From positions 1-37,573 of IMG/VR virus record IMGVR_UViG_3300014876_000008: a stretch of 37,573 bases of DNA. The stretch is one strand, 5' to 3'. The stretch is from a virus. Taxonomy: Duplodnaviria > Caudoviricetes. Numbering within the stretch: position 1 is the stretch's first letter; every line of letters starts with the position of its first letter. The notes under the pieces are model-generated. The model was given only the letters and a program-made list of their open reading frames with translations. It was not told the origin of the DNA and did not search any database. A program made the translations under genes and the position numbers. Shown here one piece after another: positions 27,431 through 35,510 of this stretch.

Positions 27431-28589
27431 CGGCGAACTCCTCGGATTTTTCGATACCAATAATTGTGGTAGCGCCCAATCTCCGCGCTGCGCGAAGGCT
27501 TGAGCCACTGCCAGCCGTGGGGTCAAGGAGTCTGGTGTGCTCATCAACAAACATGGAGAAGAAGTGCTCGAGCATCGCTTGGGATTTTTCATGGGGATGG
27601 AGGCTCCGCTCGGTGGGGGCGGCGAAGAGATTGGCGCGGACGGCGTTGATTCGGGCTTCGCCGCGCCATCCAAAGAAGGCCATCTCGTAAACGCGCCGGG
27701 GCCGGCGGGTGTGGTCTGGAATTACTCCGGCGTTGTCAGATTTAAACCAAATCAGCGGTGTGTCGTCGAACTTAAACCCGTCGAGGAGCTTGAGCATTTC
27801 CCAGGTGTTGCTGTAAAATGTTGAGGCGAACCAAAAGATCATGTGGGCGTCCGGGGCGCAGAAGTGGTCTAAATTACTTGTAAGAGCGTTGAAGAGTTGC
27901 CGATAAACGTCATCTGAGTCGTAGTAGCCGGCGGGGTTCTGGCCGGACTCGTGTGCGGCAATGCCGTAGGGGAAGTCGCAGTGTATGAAGTTGAATTTCT
28001 CTTGGGGTTGTTGTGCCCATTGGATGAAGTCGGCGGTGATGATCTGATGTGTATTTTCACATGATGTTAAAGTGTGTAATAGATCGTCACGTTTACGACC
28101 AACCGTTTTAGCTCGCTCCAGAGCAGTTACAAACGTGGTGGCCTGTTGTACCAAAGGGGAAGATAATTCTCTAGCCACTACAAGATTTCTATAGACGTGT
28201 TGTGGAGTGCGGTCAAGTTCTTGTGCGGTCTGTTCTATAGACCAATTTGGGTTTTCGGAGGCGCGTAATTCGTGGTATTTAGCTATCGCGGTGGTACGTT
28301 CTTGCCAAGATATATCTTTACGGATAATGTTCTCTTCGAGTTCGATTAAAAGTTTTGTGCTGTTGGAGAGATCGTTAAAAAACTGGACGGGAATATGTGT
28401 CCAGCCAAGTTTTTTACATGCTGTTAATCGACGTTCACCGGCAATTAAAATGTAGTTCTCGTCAATGATTACTGGATGATAAAGACCATTGCGGGAGATG
28501 GAAGAGGCTAGTGTATCTATGTCGTCAAGCACACGGCGTTGGCGATCTTCGCGGTGGATGGTTATATCGGCTATTGCTATTGAACTCAT
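27363..28589 (-). CDS. ParB-like N-terminal domain fused to a beta-class DNA methyltransferase
   Basis: L..SI...GL.HPVII...LIAGERRL.A...LG, ELEENI.R, HTH-like segment; then HCDFPYG, W.K, HPHEKS, LLDPTAGSGS, GIE. Confidence 0.85.
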   Translation of the reverse strand: MSSIAIADITIHREDRQRRVLDDIDTLASSISRNGLYHPVIIDENYILIAGERRLTACKKLGWTHIPVQFFNDLSNSTKLLIELEENIIRKDISWQERTTAIAKYHELRASENPNWSIEQTAQELDRTPQHVYRNLVVARELSSPLVQQATTFVTALERAKTVGRKRDDLLHTLTSCENTHQIITADFIQWAQQPQEKFNFIHCDFPYGIAAHESGQNPAGYYDSDDVYRQLFNALTSNLDHFCAPDAHMIFWFASTFYSNTWEMLKLLDGFKFDDTPLIWFKSDNAGVIPDHTRRPRRVYEMAFFGWRGEARINAVRANLFAAPTERSLHPHEKSQAMLEHFFSMFVDEHTRLLDPTAGSGSSLRAARRLGATTIIGIEKSEEFADVARRALREAGNSGTKAGGDGS

Positions 28590-28613
28590 CTTTGTACCTT
28601 TCCTCTTGAGAGT

Positions 28614-28711
28614 GGCCGGTTCCCCGCCGGCCGTCCGGGGCGCTTCACGCTAAATATGGAGACCCTTAGCTAAGCGCGGTCGGGGTTAACACACTCGCCG
28701 ACTTGTGCCCG
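28614..28711 (-). ncRNA. candidate structured intergenic RNA/leader
   Basis: Complementary pairs at 28614-19/28627-32, 28640-45/28672-77, 28649-53/28666-70, 28679-83/28698-702 and 28636-39/28708-11. Confidence 0.35.
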
Positions 28712-28714
28712 CTG

Positions 28715-29179
28715 TTAGTCCGCCCGCGCGAACGTGTCGATCTCGGCCATGAGGCGCATCGTGCCGTCGTTGCTCGTGATCGGGCGGTGCTTCACGTGAG
28801 CGCAGACGTTCTTGCCCGGCACGTTGGCGAGGCACTGCGGGATGGACCAGTCCCCGTCAAACCCCATCGCGTTGCGGAAGAAGTCCCGCAAGCTTTGCTC
28901 GAGGTAAGGCGAGTCCCAGAACGTGTACTTCATCGTCACGTCCTGGAGGTTGCGGTTGGAGGCCTCGAGATGGGCCTTGAGTGGGACGGGGTCCACGTCG
29001 TCCTTGGGCTGGAGGAGGCGAAGGGTGAGTTGGGCTCCGTTGGTCTGCTTGGTGTTGGACTTGACCATCTCGTGCGGGCCGATGATCTGAGCGAAGTAGG
29101 TGCCGATCGGGACCGGCGGCACATCCTTGATGTCGTCGAGGCGTTGGGTTGAAGTGAGGATTGAGTCGAAGGTGGACAT
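28715..29179 (-). CDS. putative ssDNA-binding protein (DUF669-like OB fold)
   Basis: PPVPIGTY...I, L..F...G, V.H......EI..F pattern; next to the AAA and nuclease genes. Confidence 0.65.
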   Translation of the reverse strand: MSTFDSILTSTQRLDDIKDVPPVPIGTYFAQIIGPHEMVKSNTKQTNGAQLTLRLLQPKDDVDPVPLKAHLEASNRNLQDVTMKYTFWDSPYLEQSLRDFFRNAMGFDGDWSIPQCLANVPGKNVCAHVKHRPITSNDGTMRLMAEIDTFARAD

Positions 29180-29239
29180 TGGTGTTGATCCTTGTTGTGA
29201 TCCGTGTGGGTGAATAGTGGTACGCATTCCTTTCTCCAG

Positions 29240-30037
29240 TTAAAACAGCTTGTAAAGATCGTCCATCGGGAGTTCGGAGGCGAATTCCGGGTCGAAGGAC
29301 TTGGGGTCTTTGAGGTCAATCATTTGAGTGCTTCGCGTCCGCAGAACGCGCCGGGTGGAGTTGCCCGCGCCGGTTTTCGTCGCGAGGGTGACCGAGGGGA
29401 AGTAGGCGGGAATCTCCGGCCCGATGGCGTTCCCTACAGAGACGGGGAACCCCTTCAATTCTCCCTCCCGTTCGATGTACTTGATGTGCGCGAGTACGAG
29501 TACATTAACATTGTACGACTCCGAAGTCAAGTACGCTATCATGTTCATGAGGGACTGTTGTGCGGTGTGGTAGAACTGCTCGGGCCGGACGCCCTTCATT
29601 GGAACGCCCTCGGCGAGGCCGCTGGCCCCTTGCATCCCTTTGGCCCACCAGAAGGCGGACCGGGCCATTGTCGTCAAAGAGTCGATGACGACAACGTGGT
29701 CCGGGCCGAGGTCGGCCATTGTCGAGCCGTCCTCCCAAGTTCGGAGGGCCTTGACCCCGGCGATGTAGGCCTGGGGCTGGCCGTCGATGACCGCGCCCAT
29801 ATCGGTGGGGCGGAACTTGTCGCGGAATGGCATGTACTCGAGGTTGTCCAAGTGCTCGGGGCAGGAGAGACGGACCTTGGCGATGAGTGGGGCTAGGAGG
29901 TTGTCGAAGTCGATGACCCGAAGCTTTTTGCCGGCGTTGAGGAGGGTCCACAGGGCGGTGGTTTTGCCCGAGCCGGAGTCGCCTATAAGCAGCCGCTTGG
30001 TGATGGTGGAGGATTGGTGGTCGCTGGCGCGGGGCAT
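29240..30037 (-). CDS. AAA_24/Sak4-like ATPase
   Basis: Walker A LLIGDSGSGKT, IDFD, Walker B VVIDSLT, VLAH, IPAYF. Confidence 0.8.
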   Translation of the reverse strand: MPRASDHQSSTITKRLLIGDSGSGKTTALWTLLNAGKKLRVIDFDNLLAPLIAKVRLSCPEHLDNLEYMPFRDKFRPTDMGAVIDGQPQAYIAGVKALRTWEDGSTMADLGPDHVVVIDSLTTMARSAFWWAKGMQGASGLAEGVPMKGVRPEQFYHTAQQSLMNMIAYLTSESYNVNVLVLAHIKYIEREGELKGFPVSVGNAIGPEIPAYFPSVTLATKTGAGNSTRRVLRTRSTQMIDLKDPKSFDPEFASELPMDDLYKLF

Positions 30038-30138
30038 TAGCGGCTCCGGATAAAGGCGGTAAGAAGAAAGCGCCAAAGATTGGCTGGGTCGGCCGGATTG
30101 GCTTGCCACTGAAGAAGCGCAATGTAGGAGCCTTGCAT
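30037..30138 (-). CDS. 33-aa peptide
   Basis: MQGSYIALLQWQANPADPANLWRFLLTAFIRSR*; fills the gap between genes; stop overlaps the next ATG (TAATG). Confidence 0.45.
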   Translation of the reverse strand: MQGSYIALLQWQANPADPANLWRFLLTAFIRSR

Positions 30139-30139
30139 G

Positions 30140-31018
30140 TCAAACGGTCCTTTGCTCAAAGCCGGTCCGGAGGAAATCGGCGCGGACGCGGGGATCTTTG
30201 GAGCAGACCTCGAGGAAGGGGCAGCCGCCGTACTTTTGGCAAGAGGAGTCGTTCATTGGGTAGTCTCGGTCTGCGGCCCGCCACGTATCCTCGATGTGGT
30301 ATTCCGCGTCCCGCAGCCATTCCTCGAGCATTTCTTGGGTGCGGAAAGCGAACCCGCGCTCGAACCGTGTAAACCCGACGGCGATCTGCGCCGCGTCAAC
30401 CATAACGCCCTTGACGGGCAGCTTCCAGATAACTTGGCCGGCCACTGTGAGGAGGGACATCTGGTTGTCGGGGGTGTAACGCTTGAAGTAGTACGAGCCC
30501 ATTGTCGCGCCGGTGGTTTTCTGGTCCTGGATGTAGTATTCGCCGGCGTAGTCCACTACGCGGTCGATACGGCCCGAGAGGATGATATCGGGCCGGAGTT
30601 GGAGGGAGAACTCGAGTTCGACGGCCGGCGCACCGTCAGCGAGGATAATGGTTTTGCAGGGGTCGTCGCGGTACTCTTCGATGTACCAAACGATGGATCG
30701 GATGAGAGTTTCGCGAGTCTTGGCGTTGTGGTCATTGGTCCAGGGGTGAGAGGCGATGAGGGTTTCGGCCACGACCCGGTGTTGGGCCTCGTCGTGGGAC
30801 GCCCCGGTGGCGAGGTACTTGTGGTAGGTTTCGAGCGCGTTGGCGTAGAGCCCGCCGAAGACGAGGTGGACGCTGTCGCCCTTGCGTTCCCAGCGATTGA
30901 CGATCATGTAGAAGTACTTGCGCTTGCAGTCCTTGGCGACGCCGAGGGAGTGGGCGGACCACACGACCTGCAGGTCGTTGTCCCACTTCTCGCCTTCGGC
31001 GATTTGGGAGGGGGTCAT
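30140..31018 (-). CDS. PD-(D/E)XK Cas4/AddB-like exonuclease
   Basis: S..SL....C.RKY, GRIDR, DQKT, Q...Y-like helix, C-terminal C..YGGCPF..VC (possible Fe-S staple). Confidence 0.85.
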   Translation of the reverse strand: MTPSQIAEGEKWDNDLQVVWSAHSLGVAKDCKRKYFYMIVNRWERKGDSVHLVFGGLYANALETYHKYLATGASHDEAQHRVVAETLIASHPWTNDHNAKTRETLIRSIVWYIEEYRDDPCKTIILADGAPAVELEFSLQLRPDIILSGRIDRVVDYAGEYYIQDQKTTGATMGSYYFKRYTPDNQMSLLTVAGQVIWKLPVKGVMVDAAQIAVGFTRFERGFAFRTQEMLEEWLRDAEYHIEDTWRAADRDYPMNDSSCQKYGGCPFLEVCSKDPRVRADFLRTGFEQRTV

Positions 31019-31206
31019 GGTGAGAAAATCTCCACGCGATTTTTGTAAAGGACAAGTGATCTGTCTGCAGACAAGAGTTCTTTGATAAGAACACTGACTT
31101 CGGCAGCGCGCATTCCTTTAGGAACACGGAGTTGAAAAGAGACACTCACGGTTTTACGGTCACCGTAAGGGTCAACACCTTTACGTATCGGAATTGGATC
31201 AGACAT
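31015..31206 (-). CDS. hypothetical protein
   Basis: 63-aa ORF tightly packed between its neighbours. Confidence 0.55.
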   Translation of the reverse strand: MSDPIPIRKGVDPYGDRKTVSVSFQLRVPKGMRAAEVSVLIKELLSADRSLVLYKNRVEIFSP

Positions 31207-31386
31207 TCAAACGAGCCCCAAGTCTGTGAGATCGACGGGCCGCTTTACAGCGGTGACCTTCCCGGTGAGTTTGAAGTTGGCCCGGGCCTGTCGACAGTCC
31301 TCGACGATCCGCTCGATGGATCGGTGGGTGTGTTGGAGGGGGTCCCTTGAAAATAACTCGGCGATGGTGTCGGTTTCGTCATCCAT
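31207..31386 (-). CDS. hypothetical protein
   Basis: RBS AAGGAG; MDDETDTIAELFSRDPL...VDLTDLGLV*. Confidence 0.7.
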   Translation of the reverse strand: MDDETDTIAELFSRDPLQHTHRSIERIVEDCRQARANFKLTGKVTAVKRPVDLTDLGLV

Positions 31387-31549
31387 GCTCTTTCTCCTTA
31401 ATCTCAGCCAGCCGCTGCCGGCACTTGATGACATGCTCCCGGACGAGTTCCCGAATTACCTCGGTGGTGGATTTCGAGGTGTAAAACTCGCCGAGGGCGT
31501 GGAAATCGCCCTTGTAAAGGAGGACTTGGTGACGGGTTAGGGGGTCCAT
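31379..31549 (-). CDS. 56-aa protein, possible ribbon-helix-helix DNA-binding protein
   Basis: My translation: MDPLTRHQVLLYKGDFHALGEFYTSKSTTEVIRELVREHVIKCRQRLAEIKEKEHG*; RBS GGAG; strand-helix-helix pattern. Not in the ORF track. Confidence 0.6.
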   Translation of the reverse strand: MDPLTRHQVLLYKGDFHALGEFYTSKSTTEVIRELVREHVIKCRQRLAEIKEKEHG

Positions 31550-31728
31550 TAATTACGACTCCAAACAACTTCTTCAAGTTCGCAATCGTAAACCTCTCGA
31601 AAATGATAACGTTTCAAGTTTTTGGCCTTTTCGATAGCCGTTTCTTGATCGGTTTCGTGACTGATAATGTCCGCTTGTCCGCCGCTAGGATAATACTGAT
31701 CGAATGCGAAGATTATGAAGCGTTTCAT
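31549..31728 (-). CDS. 59-aa hypothetical protein
   Basis: MKRFIIFAFDQYYPSGGQADII...EVVWSRN*; coupled at both ends (ATGA and TAATG). Confidence 0.65.
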   Translation of the reverse strand: MKRFIIFAFDQYYPSGGQADIISHETDQETAIEKAKNLKRYHFREVYDCELEEVVWSRN

Positions 31729-31970
31729 GACTCGTTCCTCGGCATAATCCGTACCTCATCTTCCATCTCGACCATCCTCAGTCCGTCGTAGGCGGCGTGC
31801 CCGCATTCGCGCCGGGCGCGATACAATTTCTGCAATAACGAGTTGGGCTTATTTGAGGAAATAGCAATGCCGTGGGGTGAGTCAAGGGCGCGGTTCCATA
31901 TGGCGAGAAGGTCGGGGAGGTCGGTGTCGGGTAGGGTCTGGTCGCGAGGGCGCCGGCCGCGTCGTGCCAT
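31725..31970 (-). CDS. hypothetical protein
   Basis: 81 aa; W.RALDSPHGI.I...L.QKLY.AR; coupled to the next gene. Confidence 0.65.
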   Translation of the reverse strand: MARRGRRPRDQTLPDTDLPDLLAIWNRALDSPHGIAISSNKPNSLLQKLYRARRECGHAAYDGLRMVEMEDEVRIMPRNES

Positions 31971-31988
31971 AACGCGGCCGGCCCTCGG

Positions 31989-32474
31989 TTAGACCAAGTT
32001 GGCAAGCACGTCGGCGCCGGCCCGCTCTTTGTCGCGAATGTTCTTGCGCGCCCGCGCCACGTAGTCGTCGCGCTTGAGCGCGAGCAGCTTCTCGACCACT
32101 TCGGCGAGTTGTTCCTTGCCGAGGCGCTCGCCGTACTTGACGAAGTACGCCGCCGAGATGTCCTCCTTGGCGAGCCGGATGACCTCACGCTCGACCGGAT
32201 CGACGACACGAGGCCCGCCGGCGCCGCGTGTCCGCTGACCGAACTGGTATTCCGACGCGTACTTCTGCACGTCGGCCGCGACGGTGGACTGCTGCTCGCT
32301 CGTGAGTTCGGCGGCCCCGTTCAAGAGCTTTTTGATCTTCGCCGCCATGTTGTTTCGGATGTTCTCGAAACGGGTCTGCTCGAGGACGTGGACCTGTTCC
32401 TCGGTGAGGGGTGTGCCGGGCTGGAGGCCGGCCGGGGGCACGTCGAACTGGTAGCCTTGGATCGTCAAGTTCAT
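31989..32474 (-). CDS. hypothetical protein directly downstream of a promoter
   Basis: RBS GGAG, ATG32474; strongly C/G-ending codons; mostly helical sequence. Confidence 0.8.
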   Translation of the reverse strand: MNLTIQGYQFDVPPAGLQPGTPLTEEQVHVLEQTRFENIRNNMAAKIKKLLNGAAELTSEQQSTVAADVQKYASEYQFGQRTRGAGGPRVVDPVEREVIRLAKEDISAAYFVKYGERLGKEQLAEVVEKLLALKRDDYVARARKNIRDKERAGADVLANLV

Positions 32475-32514
32475 GGTGGTTACTCCGCAATGGAACGTCG
32501 GTGTTGACACGTTT

Positions 32515-32544
32515 AATATACGATGTGTATACACCCCGGGTCAA
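32515..32544 (-). promoter_or_regulatory. sigma70-like leftward promoter with TGTATACA palindrome in the spacer
   Basis: Minus strand TTGACC-N18-TATATT in an AT-rich intergenic region. Confidence 0.7.
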
Positions 32545-32587
32545 GGATTTTGTTTATCTATACGATATAATCCGGGGTTGACAAACG

Positions 32588-32674
32588 TCATTTAAGTACT
32601 CCGAATAGTATGTCTGGTAAGAAAATGGCGGCGGCGGTACCTACGAGGATGAGGCCGGTGAGGAGGTAGGTCAT
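32588..32674 (-). CDS. 28-aa single-TM peptide
   Basis: MTYLLTGLILVGTAAAIFLPDILFGVLK*; ATGA coupling. Confidence 0.5.
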   Translation of the reverse strand: MTYLLTGLILVGTAAAIFLPDILFGVLK

Positions 32675-32826
32675 CGGGCGCCGCCGGGCCAGATGATGCT
32701 GAGCAGGAGCGCGATTTCGACGGCGGCGCATCCAAAAGCGATGTATCGCTGCCATGCCTTTTGAAGGATCGCCGCTCCCACCAGTGCGAGGCATAGCATC
32801 GCAGCGCACGGTATTGCCGCGCTCAC
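32671..32826 (-). CDS. 51-aa two-TM membrane protein
   Basis: My translation from GTG: MSAAIPCAAMLCLALVGAAILQKAWQRYIAFGCAAVEIALLLSIIWPGGAR*; coupled at both ends. Confidence 0.55.
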   Translation of the reverse strand: MSAAIPCAAMLCLALVGAAILQKAWQRYIAFGCAAVEIALLLSIIWPGGAR

Positions 32827-33046
32827 CGCCCCGGCTCCGCGTCGGGGGCGGCGGGGTCCATGCCCGCGGCGTCTCGGGCGGCGAGGGCGCTGTGTAGATC
32901 GTCCAGCCTTGCGTACAGCGCGGTTATTAGACGGGCGTTATGGTTGCCGTGCTCGCTGAACTCAATCCATGCCGCATCGACCATGCGAGCCACTTCGATC
33001 ACCGCTTCATCCAGCGCGCTCACCGCCCCGGCTCCGCGTCGGGGGC
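32818..33046. repeat. 32-nt perfect direct repeat bracketing one gene
   Basis: CGCGCTCACCGCCCCGGCTCCGCGTCGGGGGC at 32818-32849 and 33015-33046. Confidence 0.95.
32823..33023 (-). CDS. hypothetical protein bounded by the direct repeats
   Basis: 66 aa, GTGA-coupled, ends APDAEPGR*. Confidence 0.65.
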   Translation of the reverse strand: MSALDEAVIEVARMVDAAWIEFSEHGNHNARLITALYARLDDLHSALAARDAAGMDPAAPDAEPGR

Positions 33047-33442
33047 TGCGGTGATGTGCTTCTCGATAGACTCTGCAACTTGTTCCCTAGCGCCTACTGA
33101 AGTGAACAGCGACGCATGTTGATTAGTTATCGAGAGTGCGCGTAATCTCGGCGTGAGCCCGTCGCGGGGCGCGGCCCGCCGCACGCCGGCCGCGCGGAAG
33201 CGGTCGAGGGCGATGGCGATGGATGGCTTCAATTGACCCCATTCCTCGCATTGCCGCCACGCCTCACATAACTCCGCTGCCGCCTCCAACGCTTCCTCGC
33301 TCGGCTCGGTCGGGGCGGCCGCGCGGAAGCGGTCGAGGAGTTGATCGAACTCGCTCTCGCTGACAAAGCGCCCCCAGCACACCCGTTTAATTTCCGCTCG
33401 TAGTGCGGCCTCCTCACTCGGCTCGGTCGGGGCGCGCGTCAT
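33020..33442 (-). CDS. hypothetical protein with internal repeats
   Basis: ATG33442; APTEPSEEA twice, LDRFRAA twice, ends APDAEPGR*. Confidence 0.65.
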   Translation of the reverse strand: MTRAPTEPSEEAALRAEIKRVCWGRFVSESEFDQLLDRFRAAAPTEPSEEALEAAAELCEAWRQCEEWGQLKPSIAIALDRFRAAGVRRAAPRDGLTPRLRALSITNQHASLFTSVGAREQVAESIEKHITAAPDAEPGR

Positions 33443-33672
33443 GACTGCGATTCCAATCTCTCTTTGATTCCGACTGACAGCACGGATGCTATCGCTTGTC
33501 GCGCTTCGGATCGCTGTCCTAGAGGAAGATGTTTCGTCATCATTCCAATGACTGCGGCGCAAGCACTTTCCATGACCAGCATCCGATCCTCTGTTTCCTT
33601 CACGCCGGTCCAGATCGAGATCGCAAGCTGTCCGGCAATTCGGTTGTGCCGTTCGTGAGCCATGTCAGACAT
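33439..33672 (-). CDS. hypothetical protein
   Basis: Helical ~77-aa ORF coupled to its neighbours. Confidence 0.55.
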   Translation of the reverse strand: MSDMAHERHNRIAGQLAISIWTGVKETEDRMLVMESACAAVIGMMTKHLPLGQRSEARQAIASVLSVGIKERLESQS

Positions 33673-34063
33673 CGGTACAACTCCCACGAAAGCGAATGCC
33701 GGACCAATCAAACTTCTCCTTGCCTCCGTTGGGAGGGCGTGGCTTCGGCATGTAGTGGGTGAATGCGCCCGCTCGGTAGCCGGGGCCGTCAGCAGTTTGC
33801 CATTGGAAGTCGTCCTTGGTGTCGTCCCAGAACGCTATGGCCATGAAGTCGCTCTCGGTCGTGCTGAGCAACCATTCCTCACTGGAATTTCGAGCAGCAT
33901 CGTCTATCGGCCGCCACCCCGCCTCAAGCTCGCGCTGAGCCGCCTGTAGGGCGCGCCAGTGGGACTCGTCTTTCGGGCTATGCCAGAACCCTTCTGCCCG
34001 CCCGCGATCCTCAGCTTCCCGGCGCACCGCGGCGACCATATCCTCTCGCGTCACTTTAGCCAT
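33665..34063 (-). CDS. DUF551-like hypothetical protein
   Basis: WRPIDDA.R....WLL.....W.......W......THYMPKP.PP pattern. Confidence 0.7.
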   Translation of the reverse strand: MAKVTREDMVAAVRREAEDRGRAEGFWHSPKDESHWRALQAAQRELEAGWRPIDDAARNSSEEWLLSTTESDFMAIAFWDDTKDDFQWQTADGPGYRAGAFTHYMPKPRPPNGGKEKFDWSGIRFRGSCTDV

Positions 34064-35510
34064 GAAACCCCTCCATGTTTACCAGATACAATTCCCGCTT
34101 AAACCGACTCTCGATTACGTATTTCACGTTCAACTCCTGTTCCATTTCTTCCGTGCCGGGTTTGGCGAACCTCGAGGGGATGCGCCACGCGTCGAGGTGG
34201 TAAACGATGTCGTATTCCAGGCCCTTGGCCTTGTGGCCGCTCATCAACTGGATTGGGCCTTCGCGTTTGAAGAGCGCCTCGGCGGCCATGATGGCGGAGT
34301 TAAGGGAGTGGTGGCCCTCGATGAGAACCTGGAGGCATTCGGCCTTTTCGTAGACCGTTTCCTCACGCTTGGCGCGCCGGAGTTCTTTGCGCATCCAATC
34401 GGAGATGGCGGTCTGCATTTGGACCTCGTTCATCTCGAGGGGGCCGAGCTTTTTGAGGACCCTGATTAGGCCCGCGCCGATGTCCATACCGATGAGCTTT
34501 ATGGCGCGCCCGGCCTTTAGAAGCTTCAGCGCACAGCTGAAGAGCGGGGCGTTGTTGCGACAGATGATGGCCGCGCCGTCTGGGATGGAGTCGGCATTCC
34601 AAAGCGCGAGTGTCTCGACGTGGCCGGGCCGGGCGTTGTCGAACCACTGCATATGGGGGACGCGGGTGCGGGCGCGCTCGACGCCGGCCACCGGGAGGCG
34701 GAAGGTCACGGAGAGGTTGAACTCCTTCATGGACCAGCGGTCGCGGAGGGCGTACATGCCGTTTGAGACGGCGCCTCGGAAGGCGTAGATGCTCTGCCAC
34801 GGGTCGCCGACGGCGATCAGGCGCTTGTAAAAGAGGCGCTCGAGCATCAAGTGGTTAAGTGGGGAAAGGTCTTGCGCCTCGTCAATGCAGATGAGGGGGT
34901 ATTTGGGCCACGGCCCGCCGAAGAGCACGGGCATGTAGATCTGATCGTCGAAGTCTACGTTTCCGGCGTACGCCGCTTCGATACTTCGTTCCATACAGAC
35001 TCGAATAAGAGGGAGAAGGTGGTCTTCAGGTGTGTCGGGTTGGTCGGCGATGAACTTGTCGAGATCGTCATAGATAGGCTGAGCAATTCCTGCCCATCGT
35101 CGCGGCACGTAACCTTCCCGTTTACAAAGACGGAGCCATCCGAGTACCTCGCCCATGTCACCTCGGGCTTGGCCTTGCTCGGCGCGGGGTAGGTCATCGA
35201 TAGCTCCTTTGAGAATGGTGTACATTTTGCCGGTGTCTACGACGAGGCGCTTGCCGATGGCCTTTGACCAGACGCCGTGGCCGAGGCTGTTCATAGTCCG
35301 GGCCTCGACGTGGCCGGGCAGGCGCTTCTTCATCTCATCTGCAATTCTCTTATTGAAAGCTAAAGACAAGATAGGTATGCCGGTAACAGCGTTGCAGACC
35401 ATCTCGAGGGTGGTAGTCTTGGCCGAGCCCGCAAGGGCGTTCACGAGGATGTTATCTGTGGTCTCGCGGGCGGCCTCGATGATGAGGAGCTGTTCGGGGG
35501 TCGGGGTCAT
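34056..35510 (-). CDS. UvrD/Rep-like SF1 helicase
   Basis: TPEQ, ALAGSAKTT, LAFNK, IDEAQD, VGDPWQSIYAFRGA, CRNNAP, HKAKGLE. Confidence 0.92.
   Translation of the reverse strand: MTPTPEQLLIIEAARETTDNILVNALAGSAKTTTLEMVCNAVTGIPILSLAFNKRIADEMKKRLPGHVEARTMNSLGHGVWSKAIGKRLVVDTGKMYTILKGAIDDLPRAEQGQARGDMGEVLGWLRLCKREGYVPRRWAGIAQPIYDDLDKFIADQPDTPEDHLLPLIRVCMERSIEAAYAGNVDFDDQIYMPVLFGGPWPKYPLICIDEAQDLSPLNHLMLERLFYKRLIAVGDPWQSIYAFRGAVSNGMYALRDRWSMKEFNLSVTFRLPVAGVERARTRVPHMQWFDNARPGHVETLALWNADSIPDGAAIICRNNAPLFSCALKLLKAGRAIKLIGMDIGAGLIRVLKKLGPLEMNEVQMQTAISDWMRKELRRAKREETVYEKAECLQVLIEGHHSLNSAIMAAEALFKREGPIQLMSGHKAKGLEYDIVYHLDAWRIPSRFAKPGTEEMEQELNVKYVIESRFKRELYLVNMEGFHG

Noticed and set aside
28590-28714. 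tRNA or known self-cleaving ribozyme
   Set aside because: No TTCRA T-loop or cloverleaf and no hammerhead CUGAUGA/GAAA core; only superficial twister resemblance.
29204-31048. Long plus-strand ORFs (230 and 303 aa) and similar antisense ORFs elsewhere
   Set aside because: Antisense shadows of GC-rich genes with clear motifs on the other strand.
32818-33435. Mini-CRISPR array (a Cas4-like gene is nearby)
   Set aside because: Each repeat occurs only twice, spacing is 95-165 nt, and the repeats are in-frame coding; Cas4-like nucleases are common stand-alone phage genes.
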